This document shows positions 33,353-36,240 of a stretch of 36,240 nt of DNA, in pieces (the first letter of the stretch is position 1; each line of letters starts with the position of its first letter). The notes under the pieces are model-generated. The model was given only the letters and a program-made list of their open reading frames with translations, was not told the origin of the DNA and searched no databases. The translations under genes and the position numbers were made by a program. Origin of the DNA: an uncultured Myxococcales bacterium (GTDB lineage: Bacteria > Myxococcota_A > Polyangia > Nannocystales > Nannocystaceae); contig CBFGLP010001568.1 of assembly GCA_965649595.1 (NCBI GenBank), positions 1-36,240 of the forward strand, written 5' to 3'.

Positions 33353-35062
33353 TTGCAGCAACTCGGCACATATTCGCTGGTCCGTCGGTTGGCCGCGGGG
33401 GGCATGGCCGAGGTCTGGATCGCTCGGCGCTCGGCGATGGGCGGAGCGAGCAAGACGGTCGCGATCAAGCTGCTCGCAGCTCACCTCGCGGAGAACCCGG
33501 TCTACCGACGGATGTTCGTCGACGAGGCCCGGCTCTCGATGATGTTGACCCACTCGAACCTCGTGCAGGTGTTCGACGTGGGCGAGCACGCGGGCCGCAG
33601 CTATCTGGTGATGGAGTGGGTCGACGGCCTCGATCTCGCGCGGCTCGGCTCGGCCCTGCGAGACGCTGGTGAGGTCCTGCCGATCCACGTGATCGCGCAC
33701 GTGATCGGCGAGGTGCTGCGCGGGCTCGCCTACGTGCACGAGCTCGGCGCGACCAACACGACGATCGTGCATCGCGACATCTCGCCTCACAACGTGCTCG
33801 TCTCGGTTAGCGGCGAGGTCAAAATCAGCGATTTCGGTGTCGCGCGGCTGGCCAGCGAGGAGACCTCCGGTCTGCATGTCCGCGGCAAGCTGCGCTACAT
33901 GCCGCCCGAGCAGGTCCGCGGCGACTCCAAGGAGGCGACCATCGACCTGTTCGCCGTCGGTGCGCTGCTGCAAGAGCTGCTCGATGGAGTTCGCTTCCGG
34001 GCAGGGCTCGAGCGCGACGCGCTGTTTGGCATGGTCTTGACCGGCGAGGTCCCACCCTTGCGCCGCGCGGACGTGCCCGCCGAGCTGCTCGAGCTCCGCG
34101 ACCGGCTGCTCGCGCCCGATCGTCACCTGCGGATCCAGAGCGCCCGCGAGGCGCTCGCGCTGCTGCGCCGCTGGCCTGGCTATCGCAACACGAGCGACGA
34201 GCTCGCCGAGCTGGCCCGTCGCTTCGTGGGCGTGGCCGCCCCCCGCAGCGGCCTCGAGGTCGAGTGCAGCGACGAGGAGCTCGAGGTCCGCGATGAGCCG
34301 ACGGTCGTCGAGGGCCACACACGCCCCAGCACCTCAGACCTGGCCACGCGGACGCTCCAGGCGACCGACGAGAAGGGCTCGGACACCACGCCCGCGCTCG
34401 GGACCAAGTCGCTTCCGATTCGGCGGGCGCCCCGGTTCCTGCGCTGGGGCGCCGTGGCTGCGTGTGCAGTGATCGGGATGCTGCTGGGGCTCGGGGGCGT
34501 GCACGTCGATGAAGACGGGCGGGATCTCGCCGACTCCCTACTCGCCGAGTTGGTCGCACAGGATGGTGAGATCGAGCCCCTGGTGCTCGACGAGGGGGAG
34601 CAGAGCGTCGACACCGAGGCGCCGATGGCCGGGCCATCGAGTCAGTCGCCCGCGAGCGATCTAGCGAGCCAGCCGCCCGCCAGCGAGCCATCGGCTCCCG
34701 CCTTGGTGGTTGCTGCCCCACCACCACAGGGCGAGCGTCCGCGTCGGCCAACAGACGTCCGCGCTGCCGACGAGACGGGCGAGAGCGTGGCGGATCCCGC
34801 CAAGGTCGAGTTCGCGGCGCATCAGTTCTTCTTCGCGTGGGTCAAGGTTGGTAGCCGGGTGCTCGCGCTCGAGCCGGTCGGCAAGCTCGACCTTCGGCCA
34901 GGTAGCCACACCGTGTATCTGCGCGAGCGCGACGATCAGCCCTGGGTGAAGGCTGGGAAGATCCGGGTCGAGGCGGGCCAGCGATACCGCGTGAAGCTCG
35001 AGCGGTCCGGTCGCCCGTCCTCGGGCGAGATCGCTGCCAAGCTGGTCGTGCAAAAGCTCTGA
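33353..35062 (+). CDS. Membrane Ser/Thr protein kinase, paralog of 29771-31387
   Basis: TTG start with GAGG RBS; LAAGGMAEV, HRDISPHN, DFG and GKLRYMPPE; TM helix; same C-terminal beta domain. Confidence 0.93.
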   Translation: MQQLGTYSLVRRLAAGGMAEVWIARRSAMGGASKTVAIKLLAAHLAENPVYRRMFVDEARLSMMLTHSNLVQVFDVGEHAGRSYLVMEWVDGLDLARLGSALRDAGEVLPIHVIAHVIGEVLRGLAYVHELGATNTTIVHRDISPHNVLVSVSGEVKISDFGVARLASEETSGLHVRGKLRYMPPEQVRGDSKEATIDLFAVGALLQELLDGVRFRAGLERDALFGMVLTGEVPPLRRADVPAELLELRDRLLAPDRHLRIQSAREALALLRRWPGYRNTSDELAELARRFVGVAAPRSGLEVECSDEELEVRDEPTVVEGHTRPSTSDLATRTLQATDEKGSDTTPALGTKSLPIRRAPRFLRWGAVAACAVIGMLLGLGGVHVDEDGRDLADSLLAELVAQDGEIEPLVLDEGEQSVDTEAPMAGPSSQSPASDLASQPPASEPSAPALVVAAPPPQGERPRRPTDVRAADETGESVADPAKVEFAAHQFFFAWVKVGSRVLALEPVGKLDLRPGSHTVYLRERDDQPWVKAGKIRVEAGQRYRVKLERSGRPSSGEIAAKLVVQKL

Positions 35063-35141
35063 GCGGGGCCAAGCGTCCTGCGCCGCGAGGGTGTCTGTAC
35101 AAGCAGGGCGATGGAGGCGATGCCGACGATGGTTAGCGACG

Positions 35142-36177
35142 TCAGCATGCCCTCGCGTTGGCCTGCTCGCGCAGCGCCGCGCGGCGGATCTTGCCGGTCT
35201 CGGTGCGCGGCAGCTCGGCCGCGAACTCGAGCCGCCGGGGGGCCTTGAACGCGGCGATCACCTTGCGGCAGTGGGCGATGATCTCGCTCGCCAGCGCGTC
35301 GCCGGCCTCGAACCCGGCGTTGAGCTCGACGAAGGCCATGGTCTTCTCGAGCCCGTGCTCGTCGCGGTACCCGACCACACCGGCCTCGCGCACGGCTGGG
35401 TGACCGATCAGCGCGTTCTCGACCTCGACCGGGGACACGTACACGCCCGAGCACTTGAGCATGTCGTCACCGCGGCCGCAGTACCAGAAGTAGCCGTCGG
35501 CATCGACCATGAACTTGTCGCCGCCGACGACCGCGTCGCCCTTGAAGGTCGCGCGGCTGCGGTCGCGCATGCGCCAGTAGCCGATCCCAGCCGAGGGCCC
35601 CTCGATGACCAGCGTACCAATGTCACCAGGCCCGACCTCGCGGCCCTCGTCGTCGATCAGTCGATGGGAGTAGCCCTCGACGATGCGCCCGAGGCTGCCT
35701 TCCTTCACGTCGCCGGGCCGGTTGGTCACGTAGACATGGAACATTTCGGCTGAGCCGATCCCGTCGTAGATCTCGGCGGTGAAGCGCTTGCGCCAGTCGC
35801 GATAGAGCTGCGGAGGCAGGGCCTCGCCCGCGCTGATCAGCGAGTGCAGGGCCGAGAGGTCGTGGCCCTCGGCCGCGCCTTCGGCCGCGGCCTCGAGCAG
35901 CTTGGCGATCGTCGTCGGCACGGTCACGAACTGGGTCGCGCGGTAGCGGGCGAGCAGCTCGAAGTACTGGGCCGGCTCGACGCGATCGGGCACCAGCACG
36001 CAGCTGGCCCCGACCGAGAAGGGGAACAGCAGGTTGCTGCCGAGCGCGTAGCCGAAGAACAGCTTCGGGGCCGAGAGCGTGATGTCGTCGCGCTGGAGCC
36101 CGAGCGTGCGTTGGGCGTAGGCGATCGTGTTCCACACGAAGTCGTGGTGCATGTGCACGACGCACTTCGGCTTGCCG
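35142..36177 (-). CDS. Benzoate-CoA ligase family acyl-CoA synthetase (5' partial)
   Basis: GKPKCVVHMH, PKLFFGYALG, SAGEALP, DGIGSAEMFH, GRGDDMLK, VSPVEVE and LPRTETGKIRR. The 5' part is cut by the inversion at 36178. Confidence 0.9.
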
Positions 36178-36240
36178 ACCTACCGCGACGACTTCGCCAC
36201 CTGGCTGTCGTCGTCGGGCTCGACCGGCAAGCCGAAGTGC
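36162..36240. repeat. Fold-back inverted repeat at the window end (16-bp arms, 47-nt loop)
   Basis: GCACTTCGGCTTGCCG (36162-36177) is the reverse complement of CGGCAAGCCGAAGTGC (36225-36240). Confidence 0.9.

Overview
This is a GC-rich bacterial window whose gene content (three Hanks-type kinases, Cys-rich and acidic lipoproteins, an exported ferritin-like protein) suggests a myxobacterium of the Nannocystis/Enhygromyxa/Plesiocystis type; the taxonomy is inferred. From left to right it holds: (1) a ferritin-like lipoprotein; (2) a module of Cys-rich secreted protein, Ser/Thr kinase and ECF sigma factor; (3) a tightly packed minus-strand ion-homeostasis operon (CPA-like antiporter, trkA, trkH, a 1387-aa antiporter-coiled coil-P-loop NTPase-winged helix fusion, an MscS-family protein, and an M28-peptidase-like lipoprotein lacking metal ligands); (4) an ~8.4-kb array of two unrecognised protein families around an ethanolamine permease, with 4 copies of membrane-anchored 'B' and 7 of secreted 6-Cys 'A', including a B-A fusion, a truncated copy, a shared promoter-like motif and signs of recombination between copies; (5) a CRTAC1/ASPIC-UnbV lipoprotein; (6) a PD-(D/E)XK nuclease gene broken by an in-frame TAG plus a TOPRIM-like partner; (7) an amidase and 5-formyl-THF cyclo-ligase; (8) two paralogous kinases flanking two membrane/secreted genes; (9) a benzoate-CoA-ligase-family gene whose 5' end is folded back (inverted) at the window edge, probably an assembly or amplification chimera. 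The best candidates for an undescribed system are the A/B array and the antiporter-NTPase operon. All calls come from reading motifs by eye; no database searches were run.
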